Below are positions 11,236-26,000 of a stretch of 64,000 bases of DNA, piece by piece. Position numbers and translations under genes: made by a program. Origin of the DNA: Gordius albopunctatus (taxonomy: Eukaryota); the NCBI GenBank assembly GCA_964276515.1, contig OZ193910.1, positions 3,100,001-3,164,000 on the forward strand. Direction: 5' to 3'. The notes beneath the pieces are model-generated. The model searched no databases. It had not been told where the DNA came from and was given only the letters and a program-made list of their open reading frames with translations. The stretch's first letter is position 1. Every line of letters starts with the position of its first letter.

Positions 11236-12580
11236 ATGGGCGTAGTCAAGGGGGGGGGCAGGAAGGGGCAGCTGCCCCCTCTAGATCCAAAAATTTAAAA
11301 AAAATTATCATTTTTGCCCCTCTCTAATTCCAATGCTGCCGCCGGCCAAGATACTATAATTCCTAACTAAAACCTTCTATTTTGAAGGTTAATAAACGGT
11401 TATACGATTTTACATATTTCGCTACACTTTGCCTAGCTGCTACCTGCACTTTGTTTATATAACTTGCGTATCATCACAGCGAGTTCCGCTAAAATCGCAC
11501 TTGCCACCCGCTCCTATCCCATCCATGGGCGGCCACCCTTTGTGGTTGTTTGTGGTGAGATCACAGAAAAACACCGACTTATGCCCATCTTCTTCTGATC
11601 AATTTTCAAATTGGTTCCCCGCACCCTACCCTAGTTCTCGATCATTTTTTTGTAATTTACTTTTTCCTTATCGAAACACAAAATTTTTAATTTAATTTTT
11701 AGGTCCTTATTCATGATAATTTCTAAAATTTTGTATATATAAGTATGCTACATTTTGTTTTCAATCGAAAACACCAAATTCGTAGGTTACCTCGTGTAAG
11801 TGTACCATTAATTATATTAAGATTTAAATTTGAAAAATATCTTATATAAGGATCAATACTATTTGAACCTCGCACCTAAAGCGTGGTTAAAAACGCCACG
11901 TATAATATATATAGGCATCGTGTTACGAACGACAAAAATTGAAAGAATTCTGGGGGGGGGGGGAGGGAAACGGAAGAAATCTAAGAACCAAGAAACTTTT
12001 TTTTTCACGCGTAATCGATTAAGCAGGCGGAGCAAACGTGGATAACTTTAGTTCACATAATCACTATTTCCTCATTCCTTAGGGATTAGTTAGCAGACTC
12101 TATTAGTTAAGTTTATCATCAAATTTCAATTTAATGAAGACTTCAAGCTCGAACGATTAAAACTTTTATACTGGTTTGTGCATGGGCGTAGCCAGCATTA
12201 AAATTGGGGGGGGGGTGAGGGGCAAAATTTTTCAATTTTTAGCCATAATTTTAATGAATTTTAACAAAATTTTGGATTTATAGGGGGGGGGGCAAACACC
12301 CCTCACTGCCCCCCCCCCTACACCCATCATATTGATCATCTTCCAAATTGCTTATAATGGAGTCGGCTGTTTTATCCCCATACCATAAGTTGGGTGTAAA
12401 TTTTGCTTTCGTACGCGCGCAACCTTACCCCGTAAAGGGCAAGGGCGAAGGAAAAATCAGGGTTATTGGATCGATATTCAATTTATAAACTATTATTGGC
12501 CATCGCATTTAAGTATATCAATTGGAGCCCATTTAATAGCCGGGGAATAGGGGGGGGGGTGGGTGTTGTTTGATTTCACT

Positions 12581-12828
12581 TCTGTGCAAAATGTAATATG
12601 TGCAAGGGTTAGCGTTAGATTTAGTGATTTATTTGATAATATGTATTTATTTATAAAATAGTATTATACATTTTGATATAACTTATTTTGTTTCAATTAA
12701 CAATTATAGTATCCTTTTATTACGTAGTTTTTTAGTACATATTACATGCGGATGAATATGCGTGAAAACCGGTCTCAATTTCTAAAATGCGAATATTACA
12801 TTTTGCACATATTACATTTTGCACCAGA
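12581..12828. mobile_element. MITE with ~25-bp TIRs
   Basis: TCTGTGCAAAATGTAATATGTGCAA ... TTGCACATATTACATTTTGCACCAGA. Confidence 0.7.
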
Positions 12829-13487
12829 TTCGATGATTTACAGATCGGCACGTTGTATCTGTTTTTATTTTCAAAGGATAAAGCCAAAAAGGGCATTTAG
12901 AGTAAGTAAATGATTTGGATGAAATTGAATGCTACTTTTGATAACTTGAATACGCGTGCCTAATGGGCTGGTAAGAATTTATTAGTTCTTAAATGTAAAA
13001 AAGCTCATAATTTAACTTGAAGGTGAAACAGATGGGTTCAAAATCGAAAATTGCTTTAACTTTGGGGCAAACATCTACTTTGTTAATTTTAGCCCAACTT
13101 CAAGTAATGATAAAATACTAACGTCTAAACTACTACAATTTTGCAAATACTAAATCTCCCTTTCATTTTAGAATTTATCTCTCCCCCCCCCCCCCCCCCC
13201 CGCCCGACCTCATCTCAAGGGATCGCAGCAGGTATTCATTCTCTATTCAAAAACTTATGTCCTCTTCTTCCCTACCTAATATTATATCCGGTCTTCCTTC
13301 CTCCCTTCAAATGATTTTCGTGTTAAACATGCTATATATCTACGGGGCTTTTTTATGAAGTGGGTAATTTATGCATCTCACTCAAAGATGAGCTTGGACC
13401 CTTAAACTCCACACCCAAAAACTAAGGCTCATTTTAATATCGTTAAATTTACCCGAGCAATAAGATTAAGGTTAGGTTTGTTATATA

Positions 13488-13821
13488 CAGTCAAAACCGT
13501 TTAATTGCAAAGCCTTGGGCCTGAAAAAATTCGCGATTAACCGATATTTCGCGATTAAACGAACGATGGTAAAAAAGTGTATTATGTACATTATATTAAA
13601 TATTCATTTTTTACGCTTCGCAATAAAACGATATGTTATCTAATTATCTGGTTGATTTAAGGACTCGAAAATGTTTGTGAATATCCGATATTGTACTATT
13701 AAGCGATTTGTCAATAAACGATGTTTTTGTTAATATTATCGTTAAAAAACAAAATGGCGGTTAACTTCGCGATTAAAAGATTTATGCGATAATCCGATTT
13801 GCGATTAAGAAGTTTCGACTG
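13488..13821. mobile_element. Tc1/mariner (pogo-like) MITE
   Basis: TA|CAGTCAAAAC ... GTTTCGACTG|TA, with TA TSD and internal GCGATTAA repeats. Confidence 0.8.
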
Positions 13822-14094
13822 TATATTGTATACTCAATCCATTATTTTGTGTATTTATTTGTATTAAAATTATACACAACAGTAAAGATATTTAATTTAT
13901 CGTTTTTAAAGCAAAAACTTTTTTTAATAACTTTTTCTTTTCCGGCAAACCCACCGATTTTATACCAAGAAATAGAGGAAGGTTTGTTTATTAGAATTAA
14001 TACTACTTTTAAATTACATATTGTAAGTTGTAGTAACCCCCTCTCTCTCTCTCTTAGGTAGCCTGATGGCTCATTGAATCCACTCTTCTCTTCT

Positions 14095-17000
14095 ATGGCA
14101 TCAGATCCCGAACCCGCCATCCCAAACCGTGACCCCACACCGAGCTATTTACTTTCCAAGGGGACCAATCCACGCGGGGGAAGTAACGTGGGCGTGCCCC
14201 TTTGTGCTGTCCCAAATTCCCGAGGCGCCCTCCAACCTTGGTTGCCCCAAAAACTATACAACAGCCTATTCACCGCCCCCGTCACCCACCCCCGAAAACA
14301 CGTGATTCTGTCTAACGGCGGTACCACAACGTCCAATGTCTCTTCAAGCCAAAGTCCTACCTCCTCCCCGCCCCCTACTAGCTCGCACGACTACTACAAT
14401 TTGAGCATTGCCCCCATAACCAATAGTCGGCGCTGGTTCGACGTCCATAAGGGCTGGGTCCACAAAATTAAGGCTAGCGACTGCCCCGTCGGCACTAATA
14501 ATACCACCAATTCGAGTAACAATAGGACGACCAAGACTATAACGATGCCCGCTCCAAACGGCCGTCCTAACGGGTGTGAACGCGTTACGGTTAGCAGTTC
14601 TCAGTACTGTTGTAGTCAGTCCGTGCCCGACTTGGGTGATTGTAGCAAGGACGAAGGCGGGAGCAAAAGTACCTTCCTCAATGGAGACACCAACAAAGGT
14701 ATGTTTGGTATAGGAATGTGAATTGTCATTTGTTTATTAACTAGAACTCGCCTTAGTTAGACACCATATTTTATGAGGCATTTTCGTGTGCAGTTACATT
14801 ATCAAAATATAAAATCCATAAATTGCACGTAGCAATTAATGAAGATGAGGATAAGTTAATTAATAAGTTAACCAACCGGCTTACCTTGAGATGTACACAA
14901 ACTGGGCACGATCATTCGAATAATAAGGGATCGGTTAAGTTTAATCCATTTGTAATTTGCCTTCGGAATCGAGTTGGAATTTAGGATGATCTTCAAACCT
15001 AACGAGTTATTCACAAATCCGTAATTGGATTTATGACGATATCCACCATAGAGACTTATATCTTGACGTATGTTAAAAAAGGGGTGGGAGTCGAAATTAA
15101 AATCCTTGCTTCATTTTTCCTATTCGACCACTATACAACGATATTAAAATGATTTTTGTCATGATTTTTAACACCAGGTATAATAAGTACGGGTAAAACG
15201 CGATTCGGCTCGGCCAAACCTCGAAAATACCATTATTCCGGCCGGCGGGGCAACGACATCATCAATAATCGAGTCGGTGACGGGTCTGACACCGGGGAAA
15301 CCCTTTCGAGTTTTGGCTCTACATTTAGCCCCAAACTAAATTTGCGCAATAAATTTAGTCGACTTTCACTTAAAGAGAGGAGCACCGTAGGTGTAAATAA
15401 TCTCGGCGGTAAAAAAAATTTGTCATACGTCGGACTCGAACCCACCACTTCGTCACCTACTTTAGAAGAGTCCGGAGCCTTAGCCACTACGGCTCCCCCC
15501 TGCTCGGCCTCCCAACACCAATCCTTCATGCCTCGCATCAACTTTCGGCGTAAAACGACGCGTCGGTCCTCGTCAGCTGACGACGTCAACGCTGCCGACC
15601 CTCCCACGCTCGCGGGTGCACCCTTCAGCGTCAAAAGTTACGCGCTCGTGGGCGAAACTCTGATCACCCCTAAAACTGCTACTCCCACCCCTAACGCCAA
15701 CACCGCCCTTCGAGAGTTTTCTCACCTGGACGTCAATAGTATCCTAGCTAGTTTGGAGTAATTTACCATCGTATAACTTTGTGATGATAGGCCTATTTTT
15801 TCAATATTATGAGTTTTTAAGCTAACTTATAATATAAGATGTAGAATTCAGATCTAAATGCGTATATTTGTCCTAATATTGCCCACACGTCTTTATATGA
15901 CGTCAAAGTAAAAATCGCGAGAAAAATAATCTACAAAAGTTTTGACTTTGAAATTTGGCATATTTTTATGTTACGCGCTTAAATACGAATTTGTTATATG
16001 CACGTTAATACATATTATTAGAATTTAACGTGAGTAATCATTTGTTGTTAAACAGTGCTTTATATCGTTTTAACCTATTAACGCTTTCCATCTCAACAGA
16101 TATGAGCGTCCGAGGAGCGTTGGGGGAACGTCCCCGCCCCACCCTTATCTTGGTGCTCTGGGGTGTCGCAATGTCCGCACCGGTGCATCCGCCGCCCTCG
16201 AGGAGTCGGGTTCCAACCCTCACGGCGACGGGCGTGGCAACGAGCTCGTACAAAGTTGTCCATACTTCAGAGCGGAGCTGGGGGGTGAGGCGATGCGTCA
16301 CCCTCAACTCGACGGATACACACCCTCACCCCTTCACCCGCCCACCTCGCCTGTCACCGCACCCGACTCTACGCTCAGGGATCCCCAATGCGCCGGCCTT
16401 GACGTGCTGGATTTAAGCAAACGCGCGACGCTCCAACTCGATCAAACGACGCTCGCGGGCTGTAACGAGAGCTACGTCATTGAAAACGTTGACGCTGGGG
16501 CTAATTTTTACCGCGTTTACTTTTTTGGACAAGGTAATATATATAAATATATATTACTATTTTATCAAGTATTTTAGAATTTTTTAATTTGAAAAGTGTA
16601 AATATACGACTACAATGAAAGGCATCAATGGAAATTAGAAATTTATCTAAAATTTTATTAAATTGTATAAAAATGATAATAAAAGAAACTAGCACGAATC
16701 CTAAATCTTCCATATGATTGTAAAATCGCAATTTGAACCACGTTTTATTTCTTTTGGTTGAAATGAGAAACTTTAAAAAGCCTTAACTCCCTTTAACTGA
16801 GGGATGACATCCAAAATGAGTGGGAAAAGCTTTCAAGTCCTACTAATTGAATGACTCACATGCTTTCAAAACCCTTTTTACGATGCTCGGCTTAATATAA
16901 TACAACATTATCTAGCTCTAATACTGTATATGTCATTCATATTGCGTTAGAGCATTCCAATTACTTTGGCATCGATCCAACCTTTGGTCCCGTAGCCATC

Positions 17001-20000
17001 AGTTTATCACGCAAATGCACACCTTGTACCACTACACAACCGACCGCAGGGGATAATAATTTCGCCTATTACTATTACAATCTCATCATCAGGACGAGCC
17101 AGGTACCACAGCTATCTCTGCAAACCAAGGCCGTTTGCCATGAGTTTTAATGACCTTGCTGTTATTAATTAAAGTTTTTACACGTTTAATAAGTAAAGAG
17201 GATTGTTATAAGGCCAAATCTAGGAAGCTATTTACATTTTAAATTCAGTTTAAGGTTTAATGGAATAATAGCATATTTATATACAATAGGAAAGTTATTA
17301 AGCTAAATTACCCGCTTCGATATAATTAATCAATGGGTCCCTTCTAATAAATGATACAAAATTTGACATTCCAATAGTCGATCTCAATATGTTTTATTGA
17401 ATATGAACATGTTTCGAAGATCACCTAAAATTTGTGCCGTTATTAATTTAATCGAATGAATTTAAGTTATTACCTTTTCACTTATTTATCAATCTTTTAA
17501 TGTAACATACGATACGCGATAAGAACCTTATTCACAATTACCATTTGATATGAATAAAGATAAAGATAATATCGTCTGCTCCGTTTCACTTAAGACCGTC
17601 GCGGCGCTATCTTCTTAAGCGTACGAATACAGATTAATTTAGTGTAACCGGTCAAGGTTTTCTGCTGCTCTCATTTTTCATCATGTTTTTTTGTTATCTT
17701 TTGTTAATGTTGTCGAAATATTAAGAAAAATTTAAATAAAAAAAATTGAATTTTTTTAGAAATTATTGAAAAATTAAATTTTATACGTTTAACTTAGTTC
17801 GGAAAACTTTGATAAACGAAACGTTTCACATAAATTAGAAATAAGCTTTTACTTTATAGGATTTTTCAAAGATATTTCTAGTCAACTCTCGTGTATAATA
17901 AGGTAATTTAACTTAATTTTAGGGCCCCGTTAGATCGCTATTGGTTTAATGAGTCAATATCAAGGGAACTATTCGATGGCTGTGCAAAGGGACTTGCAAA
18001 TCTATGGGGACATCTTGAATTTGACATGTTGGGGACAATATTACCATTAAAACTCTTGGCTAACCTCGTTTGTCACCATAAGCGCGCATAAATTAATAGC
18101 TTTTAGTAACTGCAGGGGCAAAGATGGCGATTCAATGATTTGATTCCTAGGTATTCCATAGTAGACCACGTTGCTGCCACTCTTAGTTTATGATTTATGT
18201 TGAAAATACATTACACACACACACACACACACACGTGTATATTCAAACTTGTCACGCACACAATACTCTTTCGTAATTTATGCAATTTATGCTGGGGCCT
18301 GAGGCACATGGGCCTAGCCAGCATTGGAATCAGAGGGGGGTGGGCAATAATGATTTATGGTGGATGGCATACAAGTTTTAGCCATAATTCTAATAAATTT
18401 CAACACCTTTTTGGATTTAGAGCCCCCCCCCCGGCTACGCCTATGCTAACTGGCAAAAATATAGTGAGGACGATAGTGTATAGTTTTGATCGTGAGTTGT
18501 CACTGGCTTATAGATAAAATATTGTGTCGCAAACCCTAAAATCAATGGTAATTTTCACTTGATATCTACATTTCCTAATTAATTTATCAACAATCTAGTT
18601 GCCTAATCTCTTTCATGGCCGTACCCAGGTTTTGAATTAGGGGGTGGGGGCTGATCTCTTTACACAATATATATCGTTTTAATAGCTTACTGTATACTTT
18701 TTTAAGTTCCATCTTGCAAACTTATTATAAAAAGGAGCTAAATTTTTTGGCTGACCCTTTAAACGATTTTAAAGAGTTTCGATCGCTTTCCCTGCCTGGT
18801 ATCTTCTTAGGATTGCAAAATAGGTGGGATTATTCAATCATAATGTTTGGCAATTTTTAATAAAATCTTTAAAAAAATTTAATTTTTAATACTATATGTA
18901 CTTATTGAAAATGGGTCGGGTATAGAGAGAAAGTAACTACCAAATAAGTGCAAATTATTGATATAACGCCACCAACATGTTTTTTTTAATTCTCAAAGAA
19001 TATCTACACAATAAATATGTGAGAGTCTTAACCCAAAAAATATAATTTTGAATTTTCTGCAACACCATAGCTCATAGGCTTTTACGGGTGACCCAATTAA
19101 AAATTATTTAATGAACGGTATGTGACATGGGCGAGCCAGCATTGGCATTAGGGGGGGGCATTGATTTAGTAATAATTGTAAATATTTTATTTTATCTATC
19201 ATTTTTCCGGCAGTTAATCTCGCTCAAGGGTAGCTTGTGCGAAGAAGTGATACCCTCTAGCTCCAAGCATGGCAACCCCGTTAAAGGACTCCCGGCCCGT
19301 GATATCGTAGAATACCTAGTGCCAAATCTCAATATAAATTGCCTTCGCCTCGCCGATTCCACCAGCCCCGTAATAGAGAAAAGGCTACTCTCCGTAGACG
19401 AACAACAGGTTTTTCGCATAGTCTGATCAAAATTAAAGCAAATTTATGTGAATCAATGCGGAGAATAGATAAAGTAATATAAATGTAAAATAAATCAAAG
19501 GCGGACAGGACGGTACCGGACGGTAGGGGACATTTTTGGGCGAAAGTGAGCCCGTAAATTATGGGAATTCCTTGGGTGGAACGCGGTTTTTAGATCTGTT
19601 TTTGAGCACGTTATCGTTTAGAATAGATTTGAAATTTGGAAATTAATGGGTGAAAAGTGATTTTGACGTTCTCAAAAGAGCTGAACACTGATTTGTAATG
19701 CTTTGCGATAATAGTATTTAATAATTAATTAAAAATGGACATTTCTATATGATTATAGGAAGAACTTTAGGATTTTTTTAGTTTTATAAAAATTGATAAT
19801 TCATAGTTGATTGTGGTGCCCAATTGTAAATTTTGTGAATAGTAGGTTGTTTCAATATCAATTAAATGAAAGTATGTTTAGGAAAGGATGAGAAAAATAG
19901 TTTTTTTTATCATTTTTACATTTGATTTTTGTTTAAAATGTTATTATAAACCGCCATGTGCCGGTAATTTTAAATCAATACGCTCTCAAACATAAATTAT

Positions 20001-23000
20001 GACGATTATAATCAAAACAAGCCTCATTAAGGATTTGGCCAATATTGCCATGGTCAAAAGGATTTTTTAGCGAGTATATTTTTTGCTTGTAGGTGAAAAA
20101 GAATTACAAAGTGGGAATTCTATATTGCAAAGCGGGACAATCTACTGAAGAAGAAATGTATAACAACGGTAATCTTTACTATTTTTTATAAATTTATAAA
20201 AATTTATGAATCTGTTACTATTGTAGTATTTATAAAATTATAGTTCTTTAAACATGTTTTTTTTATCATATTTCATATTAAATCATTTGTTTTCCTTAAT
20301 ATATTTTTTTTAATTTGTCATGTATTTTATAAAAGAAAAAGCGGGTAGTGCCTTTACAGAATTCCTAGCGCTGCTAGGTGATACCATAACTCTAAAGGGA
20401 TTCGATAAGTACAAGGCTGAACTTGACACTAAAAGTACGGATATTTAATTGCTCTCGCCACGTATGGATTTATGCGGAATTTCTTTTTGGATTTTTTTTA
20501 AAAGTAAAATGCTTTTACTAGGTACAAATGATCCCGAGGATAAAATAGTATTTAAAAACTATATATCAGAATCGTCAAGAGACAACAATGGCCTATGTCA
20601 TAATAATTAGATTTTGAGCTATTAAAACGCCTATTTTTTGACGTGAAATAAAGCTAGGTCAGTATTTGGCTTTGGGGGATCTCTTTTCTATCGATTTAAA
20701 AAACGCCAATAAGTCTTGTTAAAGAGAGATTAATAATTTTCTTTTTAGGAAAGCTATTAAGGACAGAATTATACTCTATGAATTTTTGTTGGAGAAATGG
20801 GAAAAGAAGCTTTTTTTTACATAATTTTATTTACTTTGTTTTATTTTAGTTATTTATTTTATTATTATAACTTATGTCTTACGATGTCTTTACATGTGAA
20901 GAAAGAAAAAAATAGTTAAATTCCGTAAACCCTATCAGGCATACAATTCTAAATTTAATACCCAAATTGGCGTATTTGCTTAGTTTCTTGTTTTAAATTA
21001 TATTATTGACCCCCCCCCCTCCCTCGAGGCAATTCTGTCCTAATTTTTAATTTGGCAAGGCGACTTTAAAATTTATCCAGTAAGAAAAGTAAAGCTTTTT
21101 ATGTTTAACGTTTATATATATTAAATATATATTAAATATGTGTGTTCGTTTTCGTAAAAAAACTTTTTGAATTAAATAAAAATTATTAATTTTTTTGCAG
21201 GCGATACTACGGGTACTAAATCAGTGTACACAGCATTCGGGGGCCATCAAATTATGTTTCACATTTCAACTATGCTCCCCTTCACGCCCAACAACAAGCA
21301 ACAAATCTCCCGAAAACGCCACATTGGCAATGATGTGGTCACGATAGTTTTTCAAGAACCCGGCAGCTTGGCCTTTTCGCCCAAAAATGTGCGCTCGCAT
21401 TATCAACACGTGTTTCTCATAGTTAGACCCATGGGTAGCGTCGCCTCTAGAACTACTAAATACAAGTGAATATATTATTCTTTTTATTGTAAAGATGTAT
21501 GAAATTATTTTTTTCTTCGAATTACTAAAATTTTTGTGTTGCCCTTAGCTAAGGTTATTAACAATACTAAAGTATCAATGAATTGGTCATTTATCTTAAA
21601 AACTAGGGAAAAGTTAGGATTTCTTATTTTTTAAACTACTAAGTTTAATAATAAATTAGTCATTTTCCCCAAATTATTAAAGTTTTTGAATTTAATCACA
21701 CTTAGCTAAGCTTACTAAGACAATTAAATATGAGAAAATGGGTCATTTTTAAAAAATTAAGAGGACTTTTGGGTTTTGTTGCAATTAGCTTAGCCTATTC
21801 AAAAATTAGTAACGTATTGGATTTGAGCATTGACATGCTTCACTACACATTGACATTTTCAATAATTTTAGAGTTGCTGTTACGCGTTCTAAAGATGTGG
21901 AACCGTTTGGGCCTCCTCTGCCCCGAGATGGAATCTTCGAGAGCCTTCAGCGTCTACGAGATTTTATACTTACCAAATGTAACGGGGAAAATGCTGAGTT
22001 TTTCTATTAAATTATTAATTTTTTGCAGTATTGGTTGTTTACCCTTTTCTCGAAACTGAATTATTTTATAAACGTAGTGTTCCATAGATTTAATCTTGGA
22101 TTCGTTTATTCTGTACAAACTTTTATCCCAAAAACGGTTTGTAAAAGTGCGTATTCGATTCAAGTAAAATGTGAGCTTGAAATTTTGATTTTGGAAAAGA
22201 TGAATACTCTTGATATAAAGGGACTTTTACTGATTTATCCGAAATTCCTTTGTCGTTCAATGTAAATAAATATAAAAAATGGACCAGATCTATATTGACA
22301 TCCAGGAAAAACGCGTCACCTAATATTGAAAACAACAACTTTTGTTTTTAACCAGTGACGTGTTTCTAATCTAATAAGGGAAATTAACATTTTTGGTACC
22401 TTTTTTAACAATTTTTAATTACATTTTTTTGGTAAAATTATAATAATTTTTAAATTTTATTTTGTGAGGTATAAACGCGGATAATGCAGCCCAAAAATCG
22501 GAAAAATTTGCGACCATGTCCGTTCGAGCTCGTTACGAGAACTTGAAAGACCTAGCTATTAACCACGTAACCCAGCTACCCCTGGAACCTGCTTATAGTT
22601 CCGGAAACTTATTAAGTAAACTCAAAGCCCCCCCCCCCGTCTCATAAATTTACCGAATTTTAAGCTTTTTTATCGTTGTTTTGGTGTTAGTTTTTAGTTG
22701 AAATTTATTAAAATAAGACGTATAAGAATTTTTTTGCTAAAATTGGATAAGAAATATAGTGTGTGTGTTCATTTGTAATGGTGTGTTATTTTCAAAAAGC
22801 TTAAATTTGTAAAAGGTCAGAGAAAAGTGAATTTTAGTATCAGGAGGAATATCTCGTTCTAATTTTGTGAACTCAACATTTTGCAGCTCTAAACAAATTT
22901 AGAAATAATGGTTTCGCATGGTAGAGCTCTTTTCTGTAACTCTCACCATAATTTTTATAGACACGATATTATAATTCTTTTTTATACTGTATTAGCTTTG

Positions 23001-26000
23001 AACTTGGGGGATTATGATAGATAATAATTTTTATCGGTGAATCAATCTATACATTAAAAATTTTGACGAAATTTGATCTAAAATAATAACAGAACAACAG
23101 ACAGGGAGACATTTATCCTTGATAGGGACGGCGGGAAGGAGTTTTGGGCACGAATCCCTTACAGTAGGATATATATTAATTTCTAACCTTAGGTAAGATA
23201 TCATTGGGCGGTTCTAAGAAGCGCGAGAGACTGGCCTTGAGCCAGACCCCATTCAAGACCCCAACTGGTGGCACGTATTGGCGCGTGGGATTTCACGATT
23301 TTGGCCGGGCCACGGACATTAACAACAACGGCTGCCTAGCTATTTCTGCACAAATTTTATGCCTGCTAGAACTCAATTTTAACCACTGCCCCGTAAACGA
23401 CAATGCGAAAGTCATCTTTCAGACGCCCACCCGCTCCGTCCTGGGATGGAAAGTTGCTGGGAATAAGTGAGTGGGAATCGATTTGAAAGCAAATGCCTTC
23501 GTTGGATTTTGAGGGAATCGTATAATTTTGTGTTTTCATCATCTTCGCTATTTGTAAAAAGGTTTAGCTTTTGTGTATACATTTGAAAGTGCACAAGTAT
23601 GTTAATCATACTTTTATCCTGTGGTAAGGGCGATAAAATGATTTGCCGTTTTTACGTAAATATAAGCTTAACGGGAGATCTAAACATTTCTTATACCTCT
23701 CAAGCTACTACTACTGAAATATTTCAAAAGATTTTGACCATCTTAAGAAATTATTTTAAGGGTTATTGACGCCCTCAAATATTCCCCGTGAGGAATCCTT
23801 ATGCGTATAATATATAAATTTTTGTCAATTAATGTTTCACTTAAAATCACATTAGGGGGAAAGATAATTTTGTTTTTATTTCTCCGTACACCATGTCCTG
23901 CAACCATAAAATTGCAAGTCTTCCTGTTTAATATACTTCTTTTCATAGTTTTAGGTGACGGTTTAGGTGTAGAGTGTAGAGATTGTTAAATTAAAACTAA
24001 TGTTTAAAATGTAGTTTGTGATTAAATTTTTGATATACTCGCATGATATTTTTGCGATTCATTCAATGATAGGATCCATAACTAATAAAGTAAATTTGCC
24101 TTAGATACTGATTCATTGTTAATAATGAATCTCGTGGAATAATAAAAGCATCTCCTTTAAATTAAAATTTACAAAAATTATTAATGTTAATGTTTGGGAC
24201 TAGTTTACGGATTTACTACAACGAAGGGGCTTACATACAACTGTTGGGAAGCGAAGACTGCCAGCCCTTAGGTGAAATTGTGGATAGACTGCGTCAAGTT
24301 ACCAATGGTTTCGAGGTATTGTAAATTTTTTAATTTGTGTATTAAACAATCCAGGGTGCCTTTTGTAAGATAAAATAATTTGTTGTTTTTTTGTGTGTTT
24401 GAAAGGCATAAAAAATGAGTCTTAAACGCAAAATAGCATTTTTGAAGGTTTTCCAAGTTTAAAATTAAAGAAACTTGCTTGTTATAGATTTTTGACCTTT
24501 ATTCACTGATGGAGATAGGCCTTACCTGTCATTACAACAAGTCTTTATAATTAGGGGGTCAATAAATTAAAATTTCTAATGAATTTAACGTCAGACGCGA
24601 TAAAATATTTTTTTAATTTGTGATTATATTGTTTTATAGGTGATCGAATACACGTTTTACAAGCCTAACGCGGGTTGCCAACTCGGGTTTTGCGTGGAGA
24701 AAGATGACGTAATAGACGTAGAAGTTGGGAGCTTGGCTTGGCAAGCCGGCCTTAGACCCGGGGCTAGAATTTTAGAAGTGAGCTCTACGGATTTTATTTG
24801 AGTTTATTAAAAGTCGGAAAATCGAGGGAAAAACTTAACTAGCGATCGTATAAATTTAGTTGAGATTTAAAAAATAACTAAATTGGACAAGACGGGACGG
24901 GACAGAGGAACAGATGGGAAGTTTCTCCTGGGCAATCAAAATGCAAATCTTATTATTGTTAAATTAAATGGCCCATGAGTCTCATCTTATAAATTTTTCT
25001 GAAATTGTATAGCCAGGGGGAGCCATGTAGGGGCGGCTTCCCCCCTCTAAATCTATAAATTTTATAAAATTATGGCTCTGCCCCCACGACTGATATTAAA
25101 AGCATCTTTCTGTTGCCAGGTTTGTAACAAGGCAGTGGTGTTGTTGCAGCTAGCCCAGATTTACGAATTGCTCAAGAACTCAACCTTCGTCAGCATACTA
25201 GCTCTACCCGGTGACCCCTCCGGAGCTTTAATTAAGTACGTAATTTTACGAACAAGAGCCCATCCACATTTTTATATAACGGTCATAGTGCAAACGTTTT
25301 GCAAGATGATCTCTACTCTATTATATCACGCTTTTCACCACGATTTCAATTTTAGAACTGTGGCGCCAATTGCAAAACTTTTCCCTCTCACACTTGTTAA
25401 TGTAAGTTAGTATGGCAATAATCGCTGGCCTGTATAATTTTTGGTCTTGTTTAAACTCCGTTTCTTTCGAGAGCTTTTAGCGCCTAAGCAATTGCATGGA
25501 TGAAGGGATGAAGGCAGGGGGAAGCAGAGAGGGGCGGCTACCCCTCTTTAAATTCGAAATCTCTTTAAAATTCGATAGAATCATCATTGCCCCCCCTCTA
25601 ATTCTAATCCTGTTAACGCCCATGAGCGATTATCTTGATTTGAGAACTACTTAACGTCTAAACCATTTTTATGGGATTTATTTATTAAATATACGAGTAT
25701 GTATTTGCGAATTTATTGATTTATCGAATAAATTGCCGCCTTGATCTTAGATCGTGTGACAAGCAAGAATGTCCGAGCCACGCTTTGCACCAAACTCCCA
25801 CCTCCAAAACTTCACACAACAAACACAGCGATTTCCTTTGCAATTTCAATCGCAAAAAATCTTCCCCAACCCCTAAACGAACGAGCACCTACTCCGCCAT
25901 GACCACTTCATCGTGTACCCTCAATGGATTAAATACTTCTTCTCACCATAGGTTACTCATTGATTAACGTGCCCTTTTTCCTATGCAATTTGCAATTTTA

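Noticed and set aside
15233..16416. ORFs 15233..15634(-), 16030..16416(+) and 16038..16307(-)
   Set aside because: They are antisense or off-frame shadows of GC-rich SIPA1L exons.
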